A stretch of 64,000 nt of DNA, from NCBI RefSeq assembly GCF_004010195.1, contig NC_057718.1, forward strand, positions 42,794,523 through 42,858,522, given 5' to 3'. Shown piece by piece: positions 25,173-39,959 of this stretch; position 1 is the stretch's first letter; each line of letters begins with the position of its first letter. Below the pieces are notes generated by a model, which worked only from the letters and a program-made list of their open reading frames with translations, was not told the origin of the DNA and did not search any database. The position numbers and the translations under genes were made by a program. The stretch is from Chiloscyllium plagiosum (lineage: Eukaryota).

Positions 25173-27177
25173 ATACCTTTGCCACTGCCCAGGGAGCTCC
25201 TATGTTTCCATAGTGGATGTAGTTGACAGATCAGATGTGTTCTTGAGATTCCGCAATGTGGCCTCCCCAGATCTCAAGGGAATCTCCAGCATCCAGCCCA
25301 ATCCTGTACCCTTGTGTCCATTGCTGATATCTGCTGTGGCCAATTGACTGATTCTAACCAGAACTGGTACGATGCCATAGTATTTATAAGCCAATTTTCA
25401 CTGATGACTTAAGATGCTCATTAGTGATGTGGAGATTTCAGTTCAGTGATCTCCTGTGATAATCCTATTGCTTCAAAACAATAATGTCTATGACGTGGGT
25501 GACTATAAATTGATTGTTGAGAAAAATGTAACCCTTTGTATGCTGGTCCTACCAGTCTGAAATTGTATACATTAGAAAATTCAGCTCAGATAATACAGGG
25601 AAACTGATTGCTGTGATAGATTTAAATTGATCCAAGAAATGGTGTATTAAGTTAGTGATGTGTGCTAAAAGTTGTATTAGTATACAATGTCAAGACGTTT
25701 AATATGCTTAGAGTGCTGTATGAGAATGAAGAATGATATATGGGAAGAAAGAAAGTTACATGGGGTTAAAGAGAGGTGTGTGGGATAGGCTATGGTTTAT
25801 GAAGTTATAGAGGAGTGTATAGATTTAGATAACAATTTATAGTATGAAAGAAACATGCATGGGGTGAAAGGGGGCTATATAATATTACAGAAAGATTTAT
25901 GGAGTAATCACAGTTTATGGGTTAAGTGTTTTGTTTTAATTAAGAAATCAAGACAAGATGCCAAGACACCACCAAGGTTGAAAAGAGTAAAGAGAAGATA
26001 AGCAAATTGAGAAATGGTGATTCTGTGCTGGAAGGCTTAGTTTTAAAATCCTTAAATATTGACAACAATGAGAATTTTTGACTAATTCAAAAGAATGATT
26101 CAAATTGATCAGGGTGTAGTGAGAAAGAAACAGATTTAATATGCATATTTGGAGCTAAGATTAGATAAGAGTGAATTAGTACTGGACATGGATGTATGAA
26201 TGAAATAGAGATAAACATACCAAATGGCCAACATAGTTTAGAAGATCTGAAAGTGAGAGGGGAAATCATGTATGGATATGGTCATTTTTATTATAATACA
26301 TGAAAAGGTAGAGTTAGGAAAGCCCTACCAATTAAGAACAATATTTAAACTGGACAGTTGTGATCTTTGCAAAGAGTTCAGAACTGCAGGCAGAGGAAGT
26401 GTTTGCCACAATACGATAATTGAGCATATTGGAGGTAGTTTTATGAAGACAGTAAATTAAACAACTAGAGATAAGAAATATTAGTAGTTGACCTGACTTG
26501 TGAGGGGCATGAACACTGTTCTGTGAATGAGAAAAGAAACAAATTCATTGAGACAATGAAGGGTGCAGAGAAGAAGTAGAGATTCTGATATTGTAAAGTA
26601 AGAGGAAAAGAGCTTGTGAGAACTAACAGTGCTGGAATTTAAAACTGATTAATGCAGAGTGGAATTACTGGTAGATGAGATTGGATGATGAATAGAATAA
26701 GTCATAGATGTGGGGAGATATGGAATCACAGAATGGTGTATGAGATAATGAGGGATGTGTGGAGTTAGTAGGTGATATATTATGAGTTAACAATCAGTGT
26801 TAAGAAAGATTGATAAATAAGTACAATACATTGGAATGAAAATAGAATTACATTAACATAGCATACAGCAGGCCTGAAAACAGTAAGATTTAAATGGAAT
26901 TAATCTGATTTTTAGGAAAATATAAATAAATTAAGGAGTTGATTTTCCTAATGAATGCAACAATACAATAAAAATTTGACAGAAGCCACATATTATGAGA
27001 TGAGTCAAAATTTGATCTACTTATGATTAAGTTGAAATTTATGAATTAACTCAATGTTTCTGAAAATCTTTCAAAATAACAATCTACAAATAGAAGCTCA
27101 TGTGCAGCTTGTATACTTATAGCTTTCCAAAACATGAAATCTGTGACATTAAAGATGGCAACAGGTATCAATATATT

Positions 27178-27445
27178 TAGAGTAGATTACCTACAGGCTC
27201 TTCAACCCATCAAGTCCACACGACCCTCCAAAGAGTAACCCACCCAGACCCAATTCCCCTCTGGCTAATGCTGCTCACACCACAGGCAATTCACCTGCCT
27301 GGCACATCTTTGGACTATGGGAGGAAACCCATGCAGACACGGGGAGAATGTGCAAACTTCACACAGTGACCCAAGGCTGGAATTGAACCTGGGACCCCGG
27401 TGCTGTGAGGCAGCAATGCTAACCACTGAGCCACCATGCCAACCC
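27178..27445 (-). mobile_element. HE1-type SINE
   Basis: Reverse strand of GGCATGGTGGCTCAGTGGTTAGCATTGCTGCCTCACAGCACC...GGTTCAATTCC, with V-SINE-like core and CR1-like tail. Confidence 0.88.
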
Positions 27446-27449
27446 TATT

Positions 27450-27610
27450 GTCAATAGATATGCAGCTGGAAAAGCACAGCAGGTCAGAAAGTATCTGAGG
27501 AAATGGAATATCAACATTTTGGACTCAAATGCTATCTGACGTTTTGTGCTCTTCCAGCTTCACATCTATTGACTCTGACTTCCAGCATTTGCAGTCCTTA
27601 ATGTCTCCTA
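27450..27610. mobile_element. Short fold-back family A element with the centre deleted
   Basis: CAATAGAT...GCTGGAAAAGCACA pairs with TGTGCTCTTCCAGC...ATCTATTG; tail CCAGCATTTGCAGTCCT. Confidence 0.7.
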
Positions 27611-27959
27611 GATATGGAGACATTTCTAGTAAAAGCTGATTTGGGAAATTAATATGTATTAATTTCAACAAACCTGATATATTGTCAAATGGAAAAAATT
27701 AGAGATAGGAACTGACCATATTGCATCAATTTTACAAACATGAAGTGGGCACAATTTAGCTATATATTGAGAAGTAAAATCCCAATACCCTAAGGACACC
27801 AGAAAATGTTCAATCTGAATCTTGACCATTCTTTAGCTATGCCTAAAGCCAGCTAGCTTTAACAGCAGTTAGATTACTTACATTGTAAATGAGCAATGTA
27901 TAGAGACAGTAGTCACATCTGCCAAGCACAGGATTCTTCAACGCCCAATATGGCCAAAG

Positions 27960-28048
27960 TCAGAAGTCACACAACACCAGGTCATAGTCCAACTAGTTTA
28001 TTTGAAATCACAAGCTTTCGGAGCGCTGCTCTTTCATCAGGTAAAGTC
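27960..28048 (-). mobile_element. Family B monomer with hammerhead motif at 28010-28043
   Basis: Minus strand AC-CUGAUGA-A-AGAGC-AGC-GCUCC-GAAA-GC-UU-GU; GAAA is intact, AAGCUU palindrome; flank matches 2101-2140. Confidence 0.72.
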
Positions 28049-28449
28049 TAAGCAGTAATCAGCAGCTATGGGTCAATTTAAAGGAAACTCTGACAACCTT
28101 CATGTGTAGTAAGGAGAAGCAGAGCTACTCAATAACTAAACAGCTTTTGAATGTTTCCAATTGCTTATTTAGAATGTCTCCTGGGATTTAACTTCAGGCT
28201 GCCACCAGTGAACCAAATGGTCTGATATCCTTAAAACAAGTGCATGGCTAGCAAGTGGATACATGACAGCTGCGGGTAGATCATGCAGAGTTCTTATTGA
28301 GGTCTAAGATCCAATTTTGGACTGACCACATACTTTCTACTTGGGTTTGTGCAGTACTAATTCTAAGCAAAAATTGAGCACTGAAAATTTTCCACTCCAG
28401 ATAGTATTGCTGTAACATTGAAACAGAAACTGAAATAACATAACTAAAC

Positions 28450-29230
28450 ATATCTCTTTTATAGTCAGGTAATCTTACATCAAATACATTTAGAGAAGTT
28501 GTGCACAGATTACATAGTTTTCTACAATGGGTGACTATTGTACTACCAATCTTGCTGATTAAATTGGAAGCATGATTCCATTTAACCAACAGATGCATTA
28601 ATGTTCATTTTGAACAATTGAGTGTGGAATGTCCCAGCATCAGAATTATCAACACTTATGGATTTGAAACCAAGAATAAAAGACCATTTTCTCAATTTAA
28701 TGACACATTAGTATACCAACTCCAGCAAATGTGACAGTACATGTGGAGAGATTTAACCATATGAGCTTAATGTTGCAAAATGACTAAGTCCAACAATACC
28801 ACGGTGTTTTAATGTTTGAACAGAAAAAAAATTACATGGAATAAACACTTTTCCCCTCCAGATATATAACTGCTCATTACGCTGGAACAGTACCCAAACA
28901 GCACAAGTATGTTAGTGGAACAGTATACTCATGTATTGCAGTAAAGTCGGTATATTTCCATGGACGTTCGCCATGGAGGAGTATCTCAGAGTGTCTTGTT
29001 GGAAGTAGCACTACAAGCTCAATGCTGCATTGATCATTCAGTAGAGGCATAGAAATTGAGAGAAAGTTTATGGATGTAAAGACATTAACCAGCCTGTGGT
29101 CCACAATACAAAATAAATGGGTAAAGTACGCAGGGTAGAAAGAATGTTCTCATACTATTTCATATTGATGATACTTCATATCAAGGTCATCAACTTTGCA
29201 ATATTTTGGAAGTGCCACCTTAGAAATGAA
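28450..29230 (-). mobile_element. Strongly decayed LTR-retroelement integrase region
   Basis: Fragments RPWKYTDFT and NSDAGTFHT resemble integrase PW....DF and SD.G..F motifs. Confidence 0.4.
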
Positions 29231-29309
29231 AGGACTTGACAGTACAATGGCATATGGTATGATGACATGAGGCTCCTTACTGAAGAATACACCAATATGT
29301 CCTTTTCCC

Positions 29310-30475
29310 CTGACTTACTCACTCACTCTCACTCCTTTGAATTATTTCACTCAGTTAATCAATCACTCAACTCATTTACTTAATCAATCAATGTTTAATT
29401 CACCCAAGTAATCACACATTCATCCCATTAATCACAATTCACTCAATTAGTGATTCATTCACAACTAATCACACATTCACTCAAGAAATAACTTCATTAA
29501 GCTTTCATCAATATCTTAACTAATTCACTCAATGGTCACTCATTTACACAATCAAGTATTCACACATTGTTTATGTTAATCACGGTCAGCATGTCACTTA
29601 AATACTCACTCAAACACTGGAGTGAATATTATGGAGGTGATGGTATTGGGAACCTGTTGGTAGGAACTTCCCACTCACAAAGAGCTACTGGGCTATTCAG
29701 AGGCAGACAGTTTGCTTGGTCAACTGCACCACCAGTGAAGCTGTGGTTGCTGTTGGAACAATACTTACCAAACACTCAGGATCACAATGTGACTAGGCCA
29801 GATATAGGTGATAATGGGAGGGGTTATTTTTAGAGACAGGGGATCAGCAGCAAGGACAAATGAGTGACTGTTAAGAACTTCCCACAGCCTTTCCCAATGT
29901 TGGGACCGAATGTCTTCAAATGAGAGACCACACCAATCTCCCAAACCAATTTCTTCTAGTATCACAAACAACCAAACACATTTACTTATTGTGTTCCTGC
30001 ATGGTGACAGGCTCATTGCTGCTGTATTAAACCCAATGGCAGTGGCAAAAAGCACTTAATTGGGCATCAATCATCTCTTAAGGGTCTCAATTGGTGGTAG
30101 GAGAGGAAGGCCTCGGGGCCTTTCTATCATTAAACTTGCCTCACTTCCTCCAAACTCATGATGGGAATGCATAAAATACCAGCTACTCATATACTCATTC
30201 AATCACTCACTCAACTAATGTCTCATTCACTCAATTAATCACTCAATTAATCATTCATTCACTCAATCACTCTTTCACTCAATTAGTCACTGTTTTACTC
30301 AATTCATCCAATGTCTAATTCTCTCAATCTCTTCTCATTCAAGTAATAAATCATCCATCACTCATTCAACCAATCACTCATTCACAAAATCAATCACTTA
30401 ATTGTTCATCCACTCAATTACTAATTTATTCAATTAATTACTCAATGCTAAATTAACTGCCCATTCATTCAAACA
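29310..30475. repeat. Degenerate (CACT/TCAA/CATT)n low-complexity tract split by a MITE-like insertion
   Basis: G-poor tracts at 29310-29612 and 30185-30475. The insert (about 29618-30183) has imperfect inverted ends GAATATTATG / CATAAAATAC. Confidence 0.7.
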
Positions 30476-31669
30476 AATTCTATAGCACTAATACTTAAAG
30501 ATGTGAACAATACTTATAATGGTTTAATTAGGCTGAGCCAGTCAGGACAGTTTTGGACTCCTAGAAGTCTGACTTGTCTGTTACTAAGGTCTGTACCGAG
30601 AATTATTTTATAATAAACACATGATTGCTGTTTTGAAACAGATTTGCATGATCCCGTATTTGCTCTCACTTACAATAGAATCAAATATTGTGGTCATGGA
30701 CAGCATTCTTGAATCCTTAAAACATTTATCTTAGTCACTTTTTTGAAGAAGCGTGGTATCAGATTTCCCAAGAAATGTTTGCGGCAATTACATTTAAAGG
30801 AGTCAATTCCTCTTCTTCACTTCGACCTATAATATTTAAAATTACAATTAAGAATGATAAGAAATACAATCAAAAATCCTGGAAATACTCAGTATTTCTG
30901 GCAGCATCTGTGAGGGAAGAAAACAAAATTATTGTTCCAGGTCTGCAGAGACAGAGAGATAGAGGGAGTTTGATTGTCTTTTCATTTAGAAAACTTCTTT
31001 GCACAGTTGTAGCAACAGTTGGGAAGCTATCATGTTAGTCTCTCGAAGGTAGTAAGGACAAAAACTGTTGATGTTTCCATTTCCAGATTGCTTTTCGTTA
31101 GCCTCTGTGGAAAGAACATTTCTGTAGTTGTCAGGTTGGAACAGGAATAGGTGCAGCTGTGATTATCTCTATCGTCAAAATGCCCATTTGAAATCAGACT
31201 TACAGATAAAGACTAGGCATGTGGATGAGATATCAGAGTGCTGTATGTGTTTATTCAACTGTATTGTAGACACATTAATTTCTGGTTGAGGCAGTTAGCA
31301 AATGGAGAAAATTGTAGATGATTTTATAGATAATGAGAAACAACATAAATGCGTGGCTAGTAATATATCTACCTGGTGTGGTGTCTGTTTAAAAGTGTGT
31401 CTCAGGAAAGTGGTACAATGCCATATCTCTAGGTCAGTCTTGCCTCCACAGTGTGATTGGATCAAAATAACAGGGCAGGGAGTATGTGGGGACAGCAGAC
31501 TAGCAGACAATTTTGAGGCATTGTTGTAGTTTGGCAGGAGATCAAGTTTTATATTTACCAATATTTAAATATCTTGTAATTTTAAAATATACCATATTCT
31601 TAGTGCTTCAGTCTGCTGAGTTTGCATTTTAGAGTGACGTGCATTAAAGGAATTATTCTTCCTCCTTTT

Positions 31670-32635
31670 TCACCAGGACATTTCTGTAGGAGTACCCCAA
31701 GGTAGTACTCTAGCGCCAACCATCTTCAGCTGTTTCATAAATGACCTTCCCTCCATTGTAAGGTCAGAAGTAGGGATGTTCGCTGATGATTGCACAATAT
31801 TTAGTGCCATTTGTCATTCCTCAGATACTGAAATGACCTGTCTATACATGCAGCAAAAAAAGAAAACATCCAGGCTTGGGCTGATAAATAGAAAAAATAT
31901 TTACCTCACACAAGTACCTGACAATGACCATTTTCAATAAGAGAGAATCTAACCATTGCCTTTTGACATTTAACAGCATTACAATTGCTGAGTCCCCCAC
32001 TATTAACATCCTAAGGATTACTATTGAGCAGAACAGAACTGGATGAGCTATATCAAAAATGTGCTGACACGGGCAAGTCAGAGGCTGGGAATTCTATGCT
32101 AACTAACTCACCTCCTGACTCCTCACAGACTATATAATCTACAAGGCACAAATCAGGGGTGTCTTGGCAATTGTTGTGTCTTCATGGATGATTGCAACAC
32201 TAACAACACTCAAAACCTGACACCATCCAGGGCAAAGCAACCTGTTTGTTTGGCATCCCAATTACCACTTCCAACTTTCACTCCCTTCACCACAGATACA
32301 CCGTGGATACAATGCAGTAACTCACCAAGCCTCCTTCAGAAGTACCTTTGAACCAATGATCTCTTCTGCTTGGAAGGTCAAGGGGAGCAGGTGCATGGGA
32401 ACACTCCTTTCTGCATGTTATCCTCCAAGGCAGATGCTGTCTAATTTGGAAGGACATCATTGTTCCTTCACTATCACTAGGTCAAAATTCTGGAACTCCC
32501 TTTGTAACAGCACTTTGTATGTCTGTAAACCCCAAGGGCTCCAAGAATTCAAAAAGGCAGCTCATCATGATATTCTCCAGGGCAGAAGCATGGGAAATAA
32601 ATGCCAGTAATGCCAACATTCCATGAATTAATAAA
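31670..32635 (+). mobile_element. LINE RT C-half and 3' end (same family as 3600-5270)
   Basis: GVPQGSTLAPTIFSCFINDLP...MFADD readable at 31689-31790. Confidence 0.85.
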
Positions 32636-33094
32636 ATAAAGCTCGAGGAAGTAGACAAGATAATTAATTGAATAAAACACATCAGAGGTCAAGTTGTTTA
32701 AGTCTGTAACCTATCTTTGAACACAGGTAGGGGATGTTACAGTGCAAAGCTCAGGTGTAGCTCACACAAGCTCTTTTACATTAGCTCATTTAACCACTTG
32801 TCACTTGTTGCCTGTTGAGTTCTGTAATTGATTATTTTAATGATAAAGTAGTTTAGTTCTTCACATTTTATTGAAAATGGAACCAACAATTTGGCCTAGA
32901 CAGTTCATGTTACAGGAAGTTTGATGTGCCAGCTTGGTGGGGTGCAGTTTTCTCCTTCTGCATGTTTGAGAGTGAGTTCTTAATTGTAACCTGTTCAATT
33001 GAGGAAATGTACTTTTAAAGAGTTAAATGCAGTTAAGTGAATCAGGGAGAGAAAGAGAAAGAAAACCAAATATTCAGTCATACGTATAGACAAG

Positions 33095-33293
33095 TAGAAA
33101 GTGAGGACTACAGATGCTGGAGAGTCAGAGTCGAAAACTATGACACTGGAAAAACCCTTCATCATGAAAAGTCTATGCCCAAAACGTCGACTCTCCGGCT
33201 CCTTGGATGATGCCAGACCTGCTCAAAATACATGCATAGATAATTGTATGCTATTGTTGCAGTGCTTTTTCCAGCACCACACTTTGTGACTCT
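33095..33293. mobile_element. Decayed fold-back family A element
   Basis: AAAGTGAGGACTACAGATGCTGGAG head; decayed ribozyme ATGAAAAGTCTATGCCCAAAACGTCG; TTTTCCAGCACCACACT. Confidence 0.7.
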
Positions 33294-36200
33294 ATGACTC
33301 ATACAAATAGGCTGTCCACTGTGGGTTACAGAGAGATTTAGTTCAATTGCTTTTTTGCTACCTTGGTCAAGGAATAATGGCTGGTGCTGGGAAAGATCTT
33401 AAATTGAACACAAATATGAATCCATCAGAAGACTAACATATCTGGTAGACCACTCTTCCTAGTAAAGTTAAGATTGATGCTGTACCAGTAACACTACACT
33501 TTACTAAAGCAGCCACATTTTCCATTAGATAATGCTGCTCTAAAAAATCAAATCTTATAGGCATTACTCAAACCAGTTGCAATCAGTTATATAAGCACAC
33601 TAGGAGGAAAATTGAATGTGGGGTCAATATGATCATTTTTCTGTTCTCTTGTGCATTAATCCAAACTTCCTTCATTTTTGATGATGACAACTGTCACTGC
33701 AGAGAAGGAAAAAATCAACTAGCTGACTGTAAAATATTTGGCTGCGACCAGTAGGTATGTAATTGGATAACTGCTGTGGTAACACTGCTTTCAGTTACCA
33801 TCAATGGCAAAATCCCCCAGAAGATATTAATTGGACTAGATTTAAAACAAAATTAAAAATTAAATCTGTATAGATCAATGTAAAGGCATTGTATGATGCC
33901 CTGACACTATAATTTGGATTGAACTTTCACTGATTAATTATTATAAGAGTTTGCACTGCAACAATAGCATACAATTATCTATGCATGTATTTTGAGAATG
34001 CAAAAACTAAACCTGTAAACACCTACAAACTAGTAGCCTTTTGAAATTTCCTGTTTCATAAAGATAACGGAAATGTCAGAAATCATTACATAAGTTCAGC
34101 AGTGGTGCCTTGTATTTTTGTTATATGTCAGAACCATCAGATTGCAATTCCCTTCCCTGTTGAGACTGACAAAGGTGGAAAGGAGTACATTAAAGTGTAT
34201 TTATCCACATTGAAATCTGTTCTAATCAGTCTTAAGGTATCAATTTCAATTGAATAAATGTGAAAGATACTTTAAGAAAATGGATAGAGAATAGTGAATC
34301 TAATAGAATTCCATTATATTTTACACTGAAGAGTTCTGTAGCATTATTATTAAAAGGCAGTACTCCTTCTTGCACTTTCCAAGTGCTTGTGAAAATTTAA
34401 CCCAGCTGCAAGTAATAAACAGTTCTCTATTTAATGCATCCCACTTATAGGATTTACTGGCTTCAGCAAAAGTTAGCAGAATTCCGTTATGATGTTTTGT
34501 GCAAATTGCTTATTTCTGAAATGACTACTATGCTTTTAAAGGAAGATGATAACCTAATTTTAATTTTTTGTAAATAGTTAATAGAGTTCCATTCAGCAGT
34601 CAGTTATTTGCCCAAATTCTCCTTCGTGTTTGTGCAAGTATTTCAAGTTGTTTTAATATGCAGCTGTGGATGGAATTAACCTTAGTTTGTAAAGCATGCA
34701 CAAAAATGACTTATATATTCCTATATAATCACAGGACCTCTTTTTCTAGCAAGAAACACTAGCTAAGATGCCTAAGGCCAGAATCAGTTTTAAATAATTT
34801 CCACAACTATGCAGTGTATTTGAAATGTTACACACAGGGACGAATCTCCAATGCAGAAACTTGCTGTAGTTTATTCGTGCAATATTTGTTTTACCTTAGA
34901 ATTCACATTTAAGCAAGATTAAAATAAATTCTGCTCTGGCTGAAATACTCTTCTGTCAGTCAGTTAAAACTTTTGTTTAATCCTGGAGTATAAAGCAAGT
35001 TGAAAGCATTTCAGTTTTATCTGGAATATTGGGGCTACAGCCTCAAGACATTGATCTGGTTTTGACTGGCAACTTGCCTCCGCAAATGGAGGAAGCAGAT
35101 TGCCTCTTGCCTGCATGCTCCGAAGAGGTACTGATTTAATAACAGTGGACAAGCGGCTGGGAGCTGGGCTGTCAGCCTGTCACAGGCTGACAAATCTGTT
35201 GTTCATATGCAGGCAGGGTGCACTGATAGACTGCCATCATTGGCATCCAACCACTGCAGGCACGCAAACGTTAGCAAGCTCTCCAGCACTCAGCAATACT
35301 CCTCTCATCTTTGTTTCCTTTGAGAGCATCAGAGAAAAAAAAGACATCAACCCACATCTCAAGAGGGTCACTTATCAATGATGGAGATATTGAGTTGGAA
35401 TTGTCAGTCACTGCTGAATCTTCCATTAAGTGCTGAAGTGATCAAAAAATAAACCAGTAAGTTATTAAAGAAACGATATAAACAAAGACAGTGTTTTGCA
35501 AGTGTCAAAAATGAAACCCACATAGCTTTGTCATAACCTTGATATTTATGGTAAGGATAAACACTTAATCAAATAACTTGATAAAATCATGATGTATATT
35601 TGCAATATTATGGTTATTTGTCTGTAAATGGTTGTCAAAACCGTTGTGTTAATCAGAAAGTATGAATGTTATTACCAATAGAAATGAAATGTGAAATAAG
35701 GTCTATAAACATACTTATCCTCCATTTCCTGTTACATTTATTATTTGGCATCCTGTTCCAGCTGGAAACGAAGTAAGACAGTGTGTATCATAGACTTTTG
35801 CCTTATTGCTAGAAATGAAACAAAGCAGCACTTAAATAAGTTGGATGGACACTTTATGTCCATATGGTACTCTATCTGGAATCTGGGCCAAGAAATGCAA
35901 AAGTCACCTACTTAGGGCAAGTGAGTTCAAATACCATATAGTCCCGAGGCTTAAACTCTCAACCTTCTGTTTCAGAATCAAGCATTGACCCATTTCAGCT
36001 GGTAGGTCACATTACCAACAAGTACATTTGATTAACATATGTGCAGAATTGGACAACAACTATCCATAGGGATTCCTTATTTAGGCACAGGTAGGTATTT
36101 ATCAATTTTTTTGATATTTAGATTGAAGTTTCAAAAATGATATCAGTTGACTTTTAATCATTTTATTTTGAAGATGCTCAGACATTACATATTCATTGTT

Positions 36201-39200
36201 TTCTTCATTGAATCTGAATATAACTTTTGCAACAGAAAAATGGCCAGCACACAATGAACTCCAATTATTTTGGAATTGCATAAACATGGATTTCACAAAG
36301 TTATCAAAATAGTTTTATCCTGGAATGAGGTGTGAGAAGATCAAAAATGCTTTGTTCTAATGTAACTTTTAAAATTTCAGATTCAATTTATTAAAGATTC
36401 AGAATTTCAAATTATCCTATCAATGAAAAATCCAGGTTGCCTGCATTGCCTTTTGTCACAAAATGTTAGACTGATATAAATATAACAGGTGCAAGGGAAT
36501 CATATAAATATTCTAAAAAATAATAATATGAATAACAACCACTTTTTCCCAGGTGAAACACCTAGTTACTGCAATTTGTTTTAATAAACATTTATTTCCC
36601 TTTTTGGATTGTTTTCAAATATATATTTGGAGTTTTCATTGAATTTATATGACCCTCTGCTTTAAATTAAATATTACTCTCTGCCCAGCCAACTGTGAAA
36701 CCTTTGATTTGCTACCTTGGAAGAGGTAGGAGTTCAAAGGTTGAAGCCACACATTGCTTTACTTTCTAGCAGTCAGATGCAGCACATATCCACCAGCCCG
36801 AATACAAATGGTCTCCATTTGCCCAACAGGCAGTGATAATGAATTGGCTGATGCTGCTTCAACCACTTATTTGCCCCACTTCATTCAACTCGCATAGCGG
36901 AAAGGAATATTTATTACAGGCCTGTTGAAATGAAAGGCTTTTACATTTTAATGAGCACTAAATAGGCACAAAGAAATATTGTTCATTAGCTGTAATCTGT
37001 GGAATTGCTTGAGTGAATTTCCTTTGGAGGCCGGTTTAAACTGTTCACTCAAGTAAAGCAGTTTGTATGATAATTAAGGGAGCATTTCTCTGTCAACATC
37101 TGTGCTGCTATTTATAAGACTGAAGACAGCTGATTACTCCACCAGTGCAGCTCTAGGAAGACAGACTTTTTTCACCCTCGGAAACAATTCTGTCCACCAT
37201 TGCGTGATACAAAGAATTATCTTTCTGACATCTCTTCATTAATCATATCATAGCTTCACAATGCTGGGAGATGCAAGCTGCTCGGCAGATGAGAGTGGCA
37301 TGCTGCGCTGATAGGCTCACCCCAGACGTGGGGTAGGAATACCGCAGCTGTTGCTGCCATCATCCACAAACTTATCACTGTTTCTTCACATGATGCCAAA
37401 CTAGTGAGGCCGAGGGCCACATTTTCTGGATCAATAATAAGCCCATGGCCTGAGAAAGCAGAGCTGATTTCTACTAAATAAATAACTATTTATTTGTTCC
37501 CTCACATGAATTCTTGCTGTGATTACAGTATTGTGTGAGTGTGCCAGACTTACAAATGGCTGCTATATGGGAATGTTCTGGTTTCATTACGGATATTCTG
37601 TAACCTGGAGACGTTATGATGGGTTCTGGATTGCACGTATCAATCCTGCAGCTGAAACATCTGCTCCACCACCCATACTTTTGGCCAAGCTCTGCTTTCA
37701 GAGTTTCCAAATTCTCGGTAACAGTGAGCACATTTTGGCAATCAGGGTCGAATCAATGTTTGGCACCAGCTTTTCAGAGTTGTCTCAGCAATTGCCTTTG
37801 AACTGTTGAGATGCCTGCTGCTCTATGAAATAATTTCTTCCAACCGAGTGATTAATAAAGATCCAAGCAAGGGGCTCCCCCAAAGACTTAGTAAATGCAC
37901 TGGCTAGAGTAGAAGTGAGGCACAAAGAGAGGGAGGACTCAGGTTTCTCTGTGCCAACTTAACTGTTCTTATTAAGAATGGCAAAGGAAAGGGAAAATTG
38001 GTCACTGTATGCCTTGGCTAGGGAGGGGAAAAATCAGCCAGGTTTCCCATTCCTGATTGTAATCCAATAACTATTGTTGGAAAGTGTGTATATGTGAACA
38101 TCAGTTAAAGATAGGTTCAGGTCTAACTAATAATCCCTGGGATCAAACAACCTGACAATATTTCACTGTCTAGGCACACATATGAAAATATTTTATTTAA
38201 CAAGACACCGGAGAGCATTTTGTGTTTACAGAAGCATAACACAGCATAAGTAGATGCTTGCAGGAGAGAAGGAGAAATTATAAAAACAAGCAACACACAT
38301 TAAATATATATATGCGCATATACAACATTTCAGGAGTGATTCAGGAGGCTGTCATCTAATTAATGGGCTAGCTCAGATTTAGTTGTGACTATCATAGTTT
38401 ATGATATCATCAGAACCTCTTGATTAAATTGATGCCTTGTAATCATTGCTAACAACCTCTCTTCTCTTTTTCACTTTAGACTGTCTCAATTGAATGACCA
38501 AATCCAGACTCATGGCTGAAACAGAATAGAACAGAATAGAAATTTACTGTTGTTTTACATGAAAAATACAGTGAAAAGTTTTGTAAGTTGCCCTACCACA
38601 CTACCTCAATGACAGAAGTCATACATAATGATACAAAAAAATGTAAAATTAAGACAAAGTTCATCACAGTTCAGTTACCAGCTCCCGGCCTTGGGAAAGC
38701 AAATTTAGGAACAATGGAATACCCTCAGACTGCCAGGCCGGGCTATTGGATACTAGGCCGGAATCCTCTGCCAAAGAAGAACACCATGTCGCGCCAAGAC
38801 CAACACTCCTGGACAAGCACTGCAGGAAGCAAGTACAGTGATATTCCATCATGTTGTTCTGATGTTCTAATGTGTGTGGCCTTGGAATCCACAGTTAACT
38901 TCTGACCTCACAGAGTATGCCCAGGTATTTTGCACGTGTGCATGTCACAGAATCTGGTATGATGGCCTGAACACTAACACCAGATTGTGTCCATAATCTT
39001 TTCCAGATTTTGAGATTGAGGCTGAGAGGTTATCTTGGCTCTAATGCATCTAAAGTTTCATCTGAATTAAATGTAAATGGTGGCACTAATAAATTATGTG
39101 AGTTTTCTTGGCTCCTCTTTGTGCATTGCCTGTCTGTAGAAAACATGTGTTTTTGGAATCTAAGTTAACAAATTGCTATTCTTAATCGAGGGCTGTCTTT

Positions 39201-39959
39201 TAATGATAGCATTAATTTTATTATCTTTATTTACTATTTCATATTGGTTTTTCTGCATAATTATTCTCTATCTGCAAAAAGTGTTGATTATAGATACTGA
39301 AAAATGAGAAGACCAAGTTACGTCAACTTCCCAATGTTTTCTACATTTTCTAGCCAACCTCACAGATATCAAAGGTTGATCACCCTAACCCCCAAAGGCA
39401 GGATATTCATAGTGCAGGAGAAACTGCTTTCCAGCTCCTTAGAACTTAATAGAGAACAGTGAGCTGAGATAAGACGTATGGGCCTTCAAACTGAGTTGGG
39501 GTAAATATGCAAGCAAAAACTTGCTAAATGGGAATGGGAAGTGAGACCCAAGCTTTATAGGTTGTATGTGAGAGGTAGAAACCAGAAATGCACCCATAGT
39601 GTTAGAAATTTGATGCATTCTCCAGATTCCACAAGCTCCAGCATGATTGGATAATACTGACACATGTGATCCCAGTGTAAGTATGGTTTTTATTTAATCT
39701 GTAGACAGTCAGGGATTATAGCTTTTGTATTTCTTTTCTAAACTATTTCCTGATGAAGTTTTACAATACAAATTTATTTTGCACAGATGTCGAGCTGCAG
39801 CAAAGTTGTTTCACCAGCTGCCAAACACCGTTCTAACCAGATTGCTCAGCTTGAGTATTTGATTGGGCATCCCAATTACTGTTATGGTTTGGAGGAGGAA
39901 TAGTTCAGGCAGATGGAAGAGAGGAAACTGCAATTGTTCTCCAGGCATCTGGCACTCAC

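Noticed and set aside
25700..26800. Purine-rich stretch as a possible gene
   Set aside because: No long ORF; more likely a very old LINE on the minus strand that I cannot assign.
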